A stretch of DNA of 39,630 nt, taken from the IMG/VR virus record IMGVR_UViG_3300032243_000123, positions 1 to 39,630 of that record, one strand, 5' to 3'. The position numbers and the translations under genes are program-made. Below, in pieces: positions 1 through 8,374 of the stretch (positions are counted from its first letter, which is position 1; each line of letters starts with the position of its first letter). A model generated the notes under the pieces. The model ran no database searches, was not told the origin of the DNA, and saw nothing but the letters and a program-made list of their open reading frames with translations. Origin of the DNA: a virus (lineage: Duplodnaviria; Caudoviricetes).

Positions 1-317
1 AGCAATGCCTTCAATTGAGTAGGAGTTCTATGTTTCTCTGCTTCTATTGCCAGCTTATACGCCTCTACTTCCGTTTGTATTCGGGTATCACGGCTCAGGC
101 GACAAGCATTATCCCCTTGGGTCTTGACACTTGCCTTAGTGTTATAGCTCTCTCTGTAGCTTTGTGCCTTAGTCTTACCTAGTGCCAGATTGCGGGCGAA
201 TTCTCTTTGCTTACTGGTGAGATTGGCTTTTTTGTTAGCTCCGCTACTTAGCAAGCTCTCTATTGGGATCTGTTCCAACCCTTCTTTGATTTGCGCGCGC
301 GTTAGTTTCTGTGGCAT
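1..317 (-). CDS. terS: Terminase small subunit (5' part, runs off left edge)
   Basis: Hand translation MPQKLTRAQIKEGLEQ...NLTSKQREFARNLALGKTKAQSYRESY...; LTxKQxxFA...G..xxxAY pattern of the TerS N-terminal HTH; open to the window edge; absent from ORF track. Confidence 0.75.
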   Translation of the reverse strand, partial: MPQKLTRAQIKEGLEQIPIESLLSSGANKKANLTSKQREFARNLALGKTKAQSYRESYNTKASVKTQGDNACRLSRDTRIQTEVEAYKLAIEAEKHRTPTQLKAL

Positions 318-352
318 CGTGTTTCCATAGGTATATCTGAGGAATAACCACA

Positions 353-381
353 AGCATAACCAAACGCGGGCTCGAATGCAA
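353..381 (-). promoter_or_regulatory. Sigma70-like promoter for terS
   Basis: Minus strand TTGCAT-17 nt-TATGCT, about 35 nt upstream of the terS ATG. Confidence 0.5.
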
Positions 382-436
382 TGCACCCTTACATTTGCTT
401 GGCTGATCAGTCTATATCTATGTAACTGGAGTAACC

Positions 437-604
437 ATGATCTATCTAATCTTTCTCATTGCCTATCTATCCTTCGCGCTCTGTGCTCTTGGAGCTGTAC
501 TGTCTAATGACCACGACCGACGCCAAACTGAGATCCGCGCGCGCGCTCAGGCTGAGTTGGATGCACTCACACGCGATAGAGATGAGTTCGCTCGCACCCT
601 ATAA
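437..604 (+). CDS. Small membrane-anchored protein (55 aa)
   Basis: GGAG-taacc-ATG; MIYLIFLIAYLSFALCALGAVLSNDHDRRQTEIRARAQAELDALTRDRDEFARTL: hydrophobic N-terminus and charged helix. Confidence 0.6.
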   Translation: MIYLIFLIAYLSFALCALGAVLSNDHDRRQTEIRARAQAELDALTRDRDEFARTL

Positions 605-694
605 CTGCAAACCCGAGCATTACAAAAAGCGCTGCAAACTGGCACTTGTTCCACCCCAAAAGTATTACAGGGTAAGTCCCTATAAAAATAATGC

Positions 695-724
695 TTGACA
701 AACCATGTCAACGCCATACATGAT
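695..724 (+). promoter_or_regulatory. Early sigma70-like promoter with overlapping palindrome
   Basis: TTGACA (695-700)-18 nt-CATGAT (719-724), AT-rich upstream tract; TTGACA-aacca-TGTCAA inverted repeat. Confidence 0.6.
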
Positions 725-776
725 AGAGGCGTTAGTCATGTGTTGTGCCTAACAAACCTACCTTAAAGGAGTTTAG

Positions 777-965
777 ATGTATACCGCCCAGTCCAATAGA
801 AATGGCAATGTCATTGTCTGCAAAGACGAGACGCCACGCCAGTCTTACGAGATCATTCACACAGGCACCTATCAGGAATGCCTAGAGATCAAAGTCCGCT
901 ACATGGCACACATTGAGTCTGCTAAAGCCCTCATTGCAATGCACTTTGGGAGCTACAACGCATGA
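777..965 (+). CDS. Hypothetical early protein
   Basis: AAGGAG RBS; first gene after the promoter; ATGA overlap with the next gene. Confidence 0.75.
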   Translation: MYTAQSNRNGNVIVCKDETPRQSYEIIHTGTYQECLEIKVRYMAHIESAKALIAMHFGSYNA

Positions 966-1144
966 TCACGATCACTATCAAAACCGACAACGACGCATTC
1001 CAAGACAACCTATGCGCTGAGGTGGCATACATTCTTGAGTCCATGGCTACTAACCTATTGGAAGAAGGTGACATGGCACTCAATCGCTCTGTCTATGACA
1101 GCAACGGCAACAAAGTAGGCGCGATCACTATGGGAGACGAATAA
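962..1144 (+). CDS. Hypothetical early protein
   Basis: Coupled start; TDNDAF...DSNGNKVG pattern typical of small phage early proteins. Confidence 0.75.
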   Translation: MITITIKTDNDAFQDNLCAEVAYILESMATNLLEEGDMALNRSVYDSNGNKVGAITMGDE

Positions 1145-1145
1145 C

Positions 1146-1460
1146 ATGATCACACGCAAGCTCACATTCCACGCTGATCCTGCACATGGCTGGTTAGAAG
1201 TCCCCGCGACTGATATACACGCCTTGCACATCATCCCCACGCACTATTCCTACATCCATGGCGACAAAGTCTTTCTCGAAGAAGATTGCGACGCCAATAC
1301 ATACCTCGAGCGCGCCAAGTCCGCGGGCTGGGTGATCAACATCACTGAGAAATACACCGACCGCGATTCAGTGATCCGCACTTATGACCGCATCACTACT
1401 GAAATGTTTTGGGTTTTGAATTGGAATACACACCAACTGGAGGCATCCAATGAAAATTGA
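1146..1460 (+). CDS. Conserved phage hypothetical protein (DPxHGWL...LEEDCD type)
   Basis: GGAG RBS; motifs ADPAHGWLEVP and FLEEDCDA. Confidence 0.75.
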   Translation: MITRKLTFHADPAHGWLEVPATDIHALHIIPTHYSYIHGDKVFLEEDCDANTYLERAKSAGWVINITEKYTDRDSVIRTYDRITTEMFWVLNWNTHQLEASNEN

Positions 1461-1731
1461 TAGAAACAATATCGTTATCACCACGACGATAACCCTTCAC
1501 CTAACCCCGCGCCAATGGCACTTGTACACGACTATGAAGTTCGTCGAGCTGGTAGCTGACTACCTAAACAAACATGTTGCCGACGCATTCAACCAGTGCG
1601 AGACACGGAGCGAAGCGATAACGCAAGCTGAGATCGCGCTCGAAAATGTCAGCGACTTTGGTGCCAGCGACACGGAACCGCGCGAAGTTCTTTATTGGTT
1701 GGCCGATAAATTCTACGGAGAAAAATCATGA
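1450..1731 (+). CDS. Hypothetical early protein
   Basis: GGAGG RBS; tight operon packing. Confidence 0.7.
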   Translation: MKIDRNNIVITTTITLHLTPRQWHLYTTMKFVELVADYLNKHVADAFNQCETRSEAITQAEIALENVSDFGASDTEPREVLYWLADKFYGEKS

Positions 1732-1940
1732 TCATCACAGGCAAAGACAACATCGAGCTGTTCCGACTCATGACATTGCGCCAAGGCCTAAAGCTCGAGC
1801 TCCATGGCATCAAAGTTTCTCGAGGTGTATCAATACTCAAGATACTGAAAAAGATGGGATACACAGGCACACGCCAACAAATCCTTGCCCAGCTGGACGA
1901 GATCCACGCGCAAATCCACAGGACAACTGACGAGGCTTAA
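1728..1940 (+). CDS. Hypothetical basic early protein
   Basis: GGAG RBS, ATGA overlap; its stop codon lies in hammerhead loop II. Confidence 0.7.
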   Translation: MIITGKDNIELFRLMTLRQGLKLELHGIKVSRGVSILKILKKMGYTGTRQQILAQLDEIHAQIHRTTDEA

Positions 1941-1972
1941 TTAGCCGAAACCGCAGAGATGCGGTCTTGTTC
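1921..1972 (+). ncRNA. Hammerhead ribozyme (type I topology)
   Basis: Stem I GGACAA/TTGTTC; core CTGACGA; stem II GGCT-TAATT-AGCC; GAA; stem III ACCGCA-GAGA-TGCGGT; GTC cleavage triplet, cut after C1966. Confidence 0.9.
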
Positions 1973-1990
1973 AACACAAAGGAGTTTTAA

Positions 1991-2197
1991 ATGGAATTAA
2001 AGTTAATCAGAGGCCTGATACAGGCAATGACATGGATGCTGGTGGGCATGATCGTGATGGCGCGCACATATTGCCACGACCTTGCAATACCCGAAACCAG
2101 TCCCCTCTACATCGGCTGGGATACTGTCGCAATCACAGCTGGCGCGCTGGTGATGTTTCAATTGTTGTTATGGCTTGATCCTTCATTCAAGGAGTAA
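1991..2197 (+). CDS. Small membrane protein (2 TM)
   Basis: AAGGAG RBS; two hydrophobic segments. Confidence 0.7.
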   Translation: MELKLIRGLIQAMTWMLVGMIVMARTYCHDLAIPETSPLYIGWDTVAITAGALVMFQLLLWLDPSFKE

Positions 2198-2199
2198 TC

Positions 2200-2388
2200 A
2201 TGATTTACACAGAGCACGATTACTTCCAAGCTGGCTACAAATACGAGCGCGGTCACCCGACTATCGCGTTCATTATTCGATCCATGCTGGAAAAAGAAAA
2301 ACCGCACGACCGCACAGAGGCGCGTCACTTGATCTCAGCTGGACGCGCTGAAGCCCTCCTCACACCCAAATTTAAGAAAGCAGCCTAA
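2200..2388 (+). CDS. Hypothetical early protein
   Basis: AAGGAG RBS; operon packing. Confidence 0.7.
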   Translation: MIYTEHDYFQAGYKYERGHPTIAFIIRSMLEKEKPHDRTEARHLISAGRAEALLTPKFKKAA

Positions 2389-2555
2389 TGCCAACCAAAC
2401 AAGAAATCCACGAGTTTTTACTCGAGCTCCGCGACTCAGGCGAAACCAATATGTTCGGAGCTGGCTCATACCTCCAAGAGGAATTTGGTATGACTCGCTA
2501 CGAAGCAAAAGACGCGCTACTCGAATGGATGCAATCATTCAGGACGCCAGCCTGA
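2388..2555 (+). CDS. Small conserved phage protein (55 aa)
   Basis: Hand translation MPTKQEIHEFLLELRDSGETNMFGAGSYLQEEFGMTRYEAKDALLEWMQSFRTPA; TAATG and TGATG coupling at both ends. Confidence 0.75.
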   Translation: MPTKQEIHEFLLELRDSGETNMFGAGSYLQEEFGMTRYEAKDALLEWMQSFRTPA

Positions 2556-3199
2556 TGCGAGTGATCTCGATCAAGACCGCTCAGGCGGTCTGTGGTTCGC
2601 TCACACAAACGAGCAAGATGCCATGCAAGTCTTACAGTCTCCCAACTGAGGCCTGTAAGACTGGCTACAAAATGGCTCAACAAGCTGGCTCCGTGTGCGC
2701 CAGCTGTTACGCTGACAAAGGCCTGTATGCGCTTTACGCTAACCGCGTAAAACCCGCTCAGTTCGCTCGGCTCGACTCACTCAGCGATCCCAGCTGGGTT
2801 GACGCAATCGTTAGCTTGATTGGTGCTGACAGCTACTTTCGGTGGCATGACGCTGGTGATCTACAGGGGCTTTGGCACTTGGAGAAAATCGCTTGCGTTG
2901 CCGAGCTGACACCGAAGACCAAGCATTGGCTACCGACTCGGGAATACGCTGTAGTTAAAAGCTACATCGCAAAGCATGGCTCGTTGCCGAAGAATCTAAT
3001 CGTTCGGCTTTCGGCTATGTTTCCCGACAAGTTGGCACTTGTTCCAGCATCGCTCAAGGGCATCAGGAATGTGACTGTCTCGAATGTCCATACTGATAAA
3101 CCCTTGGGCAAAGAATGCATGGCACCAGCACAAGGTGGCGAATGCCGAGACTGTCGCGCTTGCTGGAGCTCTGCAGTTATTTCTTACAAACTTCACTAG
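2555..3199 (+). CDS. GP88-family Cys-rich, radical-SAM-like protein
   Basis: SKMPCKSYSLP, CASCYA, YFRWHDAGDL, HWLPTRE, C-terminal CxxCxxCW; start moved to the coupled ATG at 2555. Confidence 0.75.
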   Translation: MRVISIKTAQAVCGSLTQTSKMPCKSYSLPTEACKTGYKMAQQAGSVCASCYADKGLYALYANRVKPAQFARLDSLSDPSWVDAIVSLIGADSYFRWHDAGDLQGLWHLEKIACVAELTPKTKHWLPTREYAVVKSYIAKHGSLPKNLIVRLSAMFPDKLALVPASLKGIRNVTVSNVHTDKPLGKECMAPAQGGECRDCRACWSSAVISYKLH

Positions 3200-3207
3200 G
3201 ATTTTTT

Positions 3208-3396
3208 ATGACGAAATACAAAGTGACGCACAAGGAAAACAACCAAATATGGTTGTGGACTGCAACAAAATTGCTAGATGTAGTTAATGCCGATAGATCA
3301 CACAATTGGATTGACTATGACTTGCAAGATTTAAAAGAACACCCCGACCAAGTATTTGCATGGTTGCCCGAACTAAACATTAAGGAGACAGCATGA
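3208..3396 (+). CDS. Hypothetical early protein
   Basis: AGGA RBS before ATG 3208 (MTKYKVTHK...). Confidence 0.65.
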   Translation: MTKYKVTHKENNQIWLWTATKLLDVVNADRSHNWIDYDLQDLKEHPDQVFAWLPELNIKETA

Positions 3397-3566
3397 GATG
3401 CGATCACACAAAAGAAGAGAGCTGGTGGGAAAACGACGGACGAGGCATACCGCTAGCGCGCGTTTGCTTTAAGTGCAAAGACGAAGTGCTTTCCACATAC
3501 GACAAGAGATTTTTAAGCTATTACACCCAAGCAGATACAGACGAGCGAATTGAGGAGGAGGAATAA
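3393..3566 (+). CDS. Small Cys-containing protein (57 aa)
   Basis: AAGGAG RBS; MRCDHTKEESWWENDGRGIPLARVCFKCKDEVLSTYDKRFLSYYTQADTDERIEEEE; below the ORF-track cutoff. Confidence 0.7.
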   Translation: MRCDHTKEESWWENDGRGIPLARVCFKCKDEVLSTYDKRFLSYYTQADTDERIEEEE

Positions 3567-3568
3567 CC

Positions 3569-3892
3569 ATGGGAACACTTTTTATACACACCGCAGAGAG
3601 CGCGAAACAAGTTCTAAAAGAATACCGCGACCACAACATGCATGACACGCTATCCGATGCACTCGACAGCATGGAGGAGTGTTATGACGACTTGGACAAT
3701 GAGGAGCGTAGCGCACTCAATAAGATTAAAAACAATCCCGCGCTATTGGACTGGGCGCGCAACACAAAGCCACTAGAAATAGAGGATTGGTGCGTTGTTG
3801 TGACATGGTCAGACGGCACAAGGGAGTCCAAGACCGATGTTGATTTGCCCAAGGGAACAATTGCTTCTTGGGAAATGGAAAGGAATGAATAG
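3569..3892 (+). CDS. Hypothetical acidic early protein
   Basis: GGAGG RBS; operon packing. Confidence 0.7.
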   Translation: MGTLFIHTAESAKQVLKEYRDHNMHDTLSDALDSMEECYDDLDNEERSALNKIKNNPALLDWARNTKPLEIEDWCVVVTWSDGTRESKTDVDLPKGTIASWEMERNE

Positions 3893-4187
3893 CATGACAC
3901 AACTATATGGAGGCTGGTCAAACCACGCCACGCAATTTATCTTCTTTAAGCTTTTTGATGGATTTGATCCCTACGACCATTTCTCCGACGATCAAGCCAA
4001 TATGCGTGATTGGCTATGGGAAGAGCTAAGAATGTACGCTGAAATTCAAGTGCGTGAATCTACCAAATTTACGAAGAATTTAGCCAATGACCTAGCGTTG
4101 CTGTTTCTTTTGGATGTCAACTGGACAGAGATTGCCAGCCACTTGTACGAAACTTATTCTTTGCAAGAAGATGGGGGCGTTAAGTGA
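3885..4187 (+). CDS. Hypothetical early protein (YxGWxNxxT type)
   Basis: YGGWSNHAT start and VNWTEIA end; start at 3885 or 3894. Confidence 0.65.
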   Translation: MNSMTQLYGGWSNHATQFIFFKLFDGFDPYDHFSDDQANMRDWLWEELRMYAEIQVRESTKFTKNLANDLALLFLLDVNWTEIASHLYETYSLQEDGGVK

Positions 4188-4594
4188 GAAAGCTATTTCT
4201 GATTGCCTGTTCCGAGTCTAAATTGAGCTATCCCGCGAAAGCTGTGGATTTGTATCAAGGCCAAGCTTTTAAGCTCGCGGTTAAATCCGCGTTCCGAGCT
4301 GATGCCGACATACTGATTCTCTCTGCCCAGCATGGGGTAGTTCAACCCGACCAAATGCTTGAACCTTACGATTGCTCACTTTTGCGTCGCTCGACCAGCT
4401 GGCGCGCAGAGTGGGCAAAGACTACAGCCAAACAGCTGTCGAAGTACAAAGACCGCCCGACCACGATTCTCGCGGGCAAATTTTATGCATCGGCTGCGAC
4501 TGGTTTTACAAACAAGAGCACACCGCTAGCTGGCTTGGGCATAGGCCAACAGCTTTCAGTGCTATCCAAAATGTCGAAAGGTACCAATGAATAA
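4184..4594 (+). CDS. DUF6884-like protein
   Basis: LIACSxSK, AVDLYQG, ILSAQHG, EPYD, LAGKFY, PLAGLGIGQQL motifs; GTG start. Confidence 0.7.
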   Translation: MRKLFLIACSESKLSYPAKAVDLYQGQAFKLAVKSAFRADADILILSAQHGVVQPDQMLEPYDCSLLRRSTSWRAEWAKTTAKQLSKYKDRPTTILAGKFYASAATGFTNKSTPLAGLGIGQQLSVLSKMSKGTNE

Positions 4595-4772
4595 ATACAA
4601 AATCACGGCCTCTAGCTTGAGCTATTACACGCTCGAGATCGAGGCTGAGTCTGAAGACGAGGCATTTGCGCTAGGCAAAGAAGCTGATGGCGGTAGCTTT
4701 AAGCCCGACGGGCAAGCTGACTGGGTGATCACTAATGTGGAACTTGTTACAACTTTAAAGGAAACAGCATGA
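4587..4772 (+). CDS. Small protein, DpnD/PcfM-like
   Basis: KYKITA...EIEAESEDEA pattern. Confidence 0.6.
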   Translation: MNKYKITASSLSYYTLEIEAESEDEAFALGKEADGGSFKPDGQADWVITNVELVTTLKETA

Positions 4773-5026
4773 AATATTACATAGGCGAAATACATGAGCG
4801 CAATGGTGATTTGGAATACGACACAAAGTATTTATTTGCCACTGCGGGTAACCCTAGTGAGTACGCAGAGAGGGTGGCTATGACGTGGCGGGGTGGTGAT
4901 GAGAGTGATTGGGATGAAGACCAAGAGGGGTATTGGTCTGACTGCTCATTGATATTTAATTCGGGTAAAACAGAGATACCCAAAGAAGACTTTGATGTGT
5001 TAAGCAAGTATTTATCAGTTCTTTAA
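4769..5026 (+). CDS. Hypothetical acidic early protein
   Basis: AAGGA RBS; ATGA overlap. Confidence 0.7.
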   Translation: MKYYIGEIHERNGDLEYDTKYLFATAGNPSEYAERVAMTWRGGDESDWDEDQEGYWSDCSLIFNSGKTEIPKEDFDVLSKYLSVL

Positions 5027-5035
5027 GGAGGCACC

Positions 5036-5230
5036 ATGAGCGTTCACCTAAACACAATCACCAACATCCAAGAGATGTATTTCGATGTATGCGATTTGCT
5101 CAGGGGCGAATCCTACCAATCCATGGGCTACACAAACCGCAAAGAAATGCTTGAGGAATTTCAGGAAAAGCTTGCGCGCGTAGAGTCTGAATTCAAAGCC
5201 TTGACTGGCTTACAACACGCAAACGATTGA
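5036..5230 (+). CDS. Hypothetical early protein
   Basis: AAGGAGG RBS. Confidence 0.7.
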   Translation: MSVHLNTITNIQEMYFDVCDLLRGESYQSMGYTNRKEMLEEFQEKLARVESEFKALTGLQHAND

Positions 5231-5236
5231 GGCAAC

Positions 5237-5494
5237 ATGAAAACCATTATTACCATGAGAGCCGACCTAGCCGAAGAGGGGCTAGCTGTGCCAGCATCCA
5301 CTACTTTCAGCAATTACGACACCCTAGATGATGATATTTTTATCACCGCAGAAGAGCTGGAAGGCGCAACCTATGGCGACGATCCCGCTCACCCTGACGA
5401 TCATCCATTTTGTTATGTCGAGCTAAAAGACGGGAGATCCCTGTACTTTATGAGTGTTGATTTGGATTTTGAATACGAAAAGGAGCAATTATGA
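5237..5494 (+). CDS. Hypothetical acidic early protein
   Basis: GAGG RBS; strongly D/E-rich. Confidence 0.7.
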   Translation: MKTIITMRADLAEEGLAVPASTTFSNYDTLDDDIFITAEELEGATYGDDPAHPDDHPFCYVELKDGRSLYFMSVDLDFEYEKEQL

Positions 5495-5715
5495 AACTAT
5501 CAGTAGAGATGCTTGACAACAAGGTCAAGAGCGCAGTTATCAATGTTGGCGAAGCCAGCGGATATGTCGAGGCATATTTAGGCAGAGAAGACTTAGCCTT
5601 GTATGTATTTGACAAGAATGGGGAAGTTCTGCTCGAGCGATTCATTCCCATAGCATCCCTGAAAGCCAAGAATGGTAGCGGTTGGACGGCACCAAAATTT
5701 GAAACGAAGGAATAA
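5491..5715 (+). CDS. Hypothetical early protein
   Basis: AAGGAG RBS; ATGA overlap. Confidence 0.7.
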   Translation: MKLSVEMLDNKVKSAVINVGEASGYVEAYLGREDLALYVFDKNGEVLLERFIPIASLKAKNGSGWTAPKFETKE

Positions 5716-5717
5716 AT

Positions 5718-5930
5718 ATGAATCAAGAAGAACGCGAAGCATTTTTGGATGCTTACGAAAACAATGTAGGGCATTTGCCAAGAAACCTTGTCGAAGACTT
5801 TGTTACGCGCTACGAGGCGGGCGAAGACATAGACTACAGTAGCGAACACACGGCCACCATGGACGCGCTGGGTGTGTGGCACGAAGGCGTCAAGTACGCT
5901 ATCAAGAAGTACGCAATCAAAGCAATCTAG
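5718..5930 (+). CDS. Hypothetical early protein, last of the operon
   Basis: AAGGA RBS; stop overlaps the convergent primase stop within CTAG. Confidence 0.7.
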   Translation: MNQEEREAFLDAYENNVGHLPRNLVEDFVTRYEAGEDIDYSSEHTATMDALGVWHEGVKYAIKKYAIKAI

Positions 5931-6718
5931 AGAAACCCACGCAGAGATTCGGCAACCTCCACAGTTCCGAGTCTCTGTTCTGTATCGTTGAAGTCTTCCC
6001 CAGCCTCGCCTAACCAATAGGTCGAGGCTATTTTTTTGGCACTTCTTACGCCCGTCTCATCGTTATCCGCGATAACCAGCGGATTTACCAAGCTCGAGGC
6101 TATATCTACCATGTTGTTTGCCGAGAAACACACATGGATTCGAGCTGGAGCGCGCAAATGTTTCATCGCACGACGCACTGACATCCCTGTCGCCAGCCCC
6201 TCGCACACGATATCGCGCCCTTCTTTCCCGATCACTAGGCTAGCTCCCTTGGTTATCTGTCCTGTCAGGAATCTCTTAACACCATCTGGCGCGATTAATT
6301 GGCAACCTACTAGCAAAGAGCCAACGCGCATTGGCACCACAAGTAACTCTTTCCACACCGATAAGTTCATATCGAAGCCCTTCCTAACCATGTAGGGGTG
6401 GCGGGACTGGGTGGTTTGGCTGATGATGTAGGACGCTTTTCGCTGGGCTTTCTCCTGTCGCTCGAGGCGTTCCTTCTGCAGCTGCTGGCGGATTGCTACA
6501 GCATGAGGGTCGTAAACATAGTTTGATGTTGACTTGTAGATTTGGTGCTTGTCGTGTACTGCGAAGTTAATCACCGCGCCAGCTTGACCATCGAAGATGT
6601 ACGCGCCATTCTTCTTTTGTGGGTGGTCTACTGTGCCAACTCTGATCCATCTGTTTAGCTCGAGGCCATTTATCAGTAGGCCATGCTCAATTGCAAAGCT
6701 CTCAAAACTCATCTTCAT
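5927..6718 (-). CDS. TOPRIM-domain primase
   Basis: CQLIxxDGxKRF, VCEGLATG, IADND and DFND TOPRIM motifs; downstream of the helicase. Confidence 0.85.
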   Translation of the reverse strand: MKMSFESFAIEHGLLINGLELNRWIRVGTVDHPQKKNGAYIFDGQAGAVINFAVHDKHQIYKSTSNYVYDPHAVAIRQQLQKERLERQEKAQRKASYIISQTTQSRHPYMVRKGFDMNLSVWKELLVVPMRVGSLLVGCQLIAPDGVKRFLTGQITKGASLVIGKEGRDIVCEGLATGMSVRRAMKHLRAPARIHVCFSANNMVDIASSLVNPLVIADNDETGVRSAKKIASTYWLGEAGEDFNDTEQRLGTVEVAESLRGFL

Positions 6719-6899
6719 GCTCCAATCTCGCTACTTCCTGTGCAAACTGTTTCAAGGCTATCAAATCGCCCTCCAGCACATGACAATCGAAGACAAACTT
6801 CTTAGACCTTACATCGAAGACCATCTTTGTGAGCACCAAGATGCCACAGTCGTAGGCTAAATCTGCCAGCTCTCTGTTACTCATCTCGGTGGCTCTCAT
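6702..6899 (-). CDS. Hypothetical protein
   Basis: ATGA-coupled to the helicase stop; fills the gap to the primase. Confidence 0.6.
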   Translation of the reverse strand: MRATEMSNRELADLAYDCGILVLTKMVFDVRSKKFVFDCHVLEGDLIALKQFAQEVARLEHEDEF

Positions 6900-8371
6900 A
6901 CACGCGCCTTTGCTTTTGACCACGCTATATTCCTTGACTTAATAAAGTTCGCGGTGGTAACTGAGGTGGGGCGGGTGGTCTTTTGTAAGCCATTAGGAAA
7001 GTATCCGTACTTCTCTTTGTACTTATGAGCAGCCCATCCATCTTTGTAGTCTCGAGACTTTGCGTAGTGCAGGAGCTCTGAGTAGAAGTTCTGATTCTCA
7101 GCAAGAGCCTGTCTACTTGTCATGCCCAGCTCATGGAGCTCGCCAGCCACAGTAACTACTTGCTTGAGGCGTTTTTCATGCCCACAGAAACCGCAGACAT
7201 TACTAGGCCAAATCCACAGGGAGCTACAAGCTGGACACTTGGCTGATGCCTTCTCTTTCTCTGTCAGCTCCTTCTTGGTCTTTTCTTCACTGTCATCCAG
7301 ATCAGTCACGCCCTCGCTGAATAGCTTGTCCCAATCGTTACGAAACCTCAGATAGTTGCCTGAATGGTCTAGCCAGACGCCAAACTTCTTGCCTTCAAAC
7401 GGGCGCATGATGCGTCCCATCTGTTGGACATGAGAACTAAAGGACTTAGAAAAGGGTCTGGCAGACACTCCAATCATCACATCAGGGACGTCAAAACCTC
7501 TAGTTAGTATGTCCGTGGCTATCAGACCATGAATATCGGAATCAGGCTTGCTGAATTCCTCGATAGCGTCGGCTTTGAACTGGTCATCCTCTTTATACGA
7601 GATGGCTACGAAGTTAAAACCCTGTTCTTTGAATTGACGCTCGAGGTCACGACCATGATCCACACCAGCACAAAACACCACAGTCTTTTTCGGACCACCA
7701 AAAAGCTGGTTGGTATTTTTAATCCACTCGCTGACGATATCCCCCGTGATCTGCATACCACGCTTGGTTACCTCTTCTTCCTTCCACTCGCCGAATGCGT
7801 TTTTGTCGGCGCCTGTCATGTCGATCTCTTTGGCAATAAAGATCTTGAGCGGTGTGAGCCAGCCACTCTCAATCAGGTCACCCGTGGACTTTGCTCCCAC
7901 TACATTCGAGTAAGTTGTTCCAAGCCCCTTGGTGAACGGGGTGGCAGTCAATCCGATTACCTTGAGGCTAGGATTCTTCTTGACATAGTCAATCACGCTT
8001 TTGCGCTGGACATGGCACTCATCGATGATCATGAGGTCGATGTCAGGAAAGGTATCGCGCTTCTCAAGGGTCTGTGCAGAGCAAATCTGAATGCGCTCCA
8101 TGGGTCGATACCGCCAATGGTCTGACTGCATAACGCCGTGATTTATGCCGTAGCGCGCCAATCGCGTACTGGTTTGGTTCACCAGCACGATGCGATCAAG
8201 CACCATGGCCGTCTTTTTATACTTGGTAGACAGCTCTTTCATGATAGCCATGGCTACCTCTGTCTTGCCAAATCCAGTGGGAGCATAAAGCAGCTGGCAC
8301 CTGTGTCCATCTGCAAACCCCTCGTCTATTTTCTGCACCACATCTAATTGGTGAGGTCTGAGTTCTAGCAT
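6896..8371 (-). CDS. Superfamily 2 DNA helicase (DExH, YejH/RadD-like) with C-terminal Zn finger
   Basis: APTGFGKT, IIDECH, GLTATP, RGFD, QQMGRIMR; CPAC...CGFC. Confidence 0.92.
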   Translation of the reverse strand: MLELRPHQLDVVQKIDEGFADGHRCQLLYAPTGFGKTEVAMAIMKELSTKYKKTAMVLDRIVLVNQTSTRLARYGINHGVMQSDHWRYRPMERIQICSAQTLEKRDTFPDIDLMIIDECHVQRKSVIDYVKKNPSLKVIGLTATPFTKGLGTTYSNVVGAKSTGDLIESGWLTPLKIFIAKEIDMTGADKNAFGEWKEEEVTKRGMQITGDIVSEWIKNTNQLFGGPKKTVVFCAGVDHGRDLERQFKEQGFNFVAISYKEDDQFKADAIEEFSKPDSDIHGLIATDILTRGFDVPDVMIGVSARPFSKSFSSHVQQMGRIMRPFEGKKFGVWLDHSGNYLRFRNDWDKLFSEGVTDLDDSEEKTKKELTEKEKASAKCPACSSLWIWPSNVCGFCGHEKRLKQVVTVAGELHELGMTSRQALAENQNFYSELLHYAKSRDYKDGWAAHKYKEKYGYFPNGLQKTTRPTSVTTANFIKSRNIAWSKAKARV

Positions 8372-8374
8372 CGA

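Noticed and set aside
459-698. 79-aa track ORF
   Set aside because: No RBS, runs into the early promoter, and overlaps a better-supported 55-aa gene (437-604) in another frame
5927-5930. Terminators at the convergent junctions (also 15779-15795)
   Set aside because: The genes overlap at their stops and no clear hairpin plus U-tract was found
5448-6395. Track ORFs 5448-6017 (-) and 6036-6395 (+)
   Set aside because: Antisense shadows of well-coupled early genes and the primase; no protein-like features
7529-8125. 198-aa + strand ORF
   Set aside because: Antisense to the helicase, a typical codon-bias shadow
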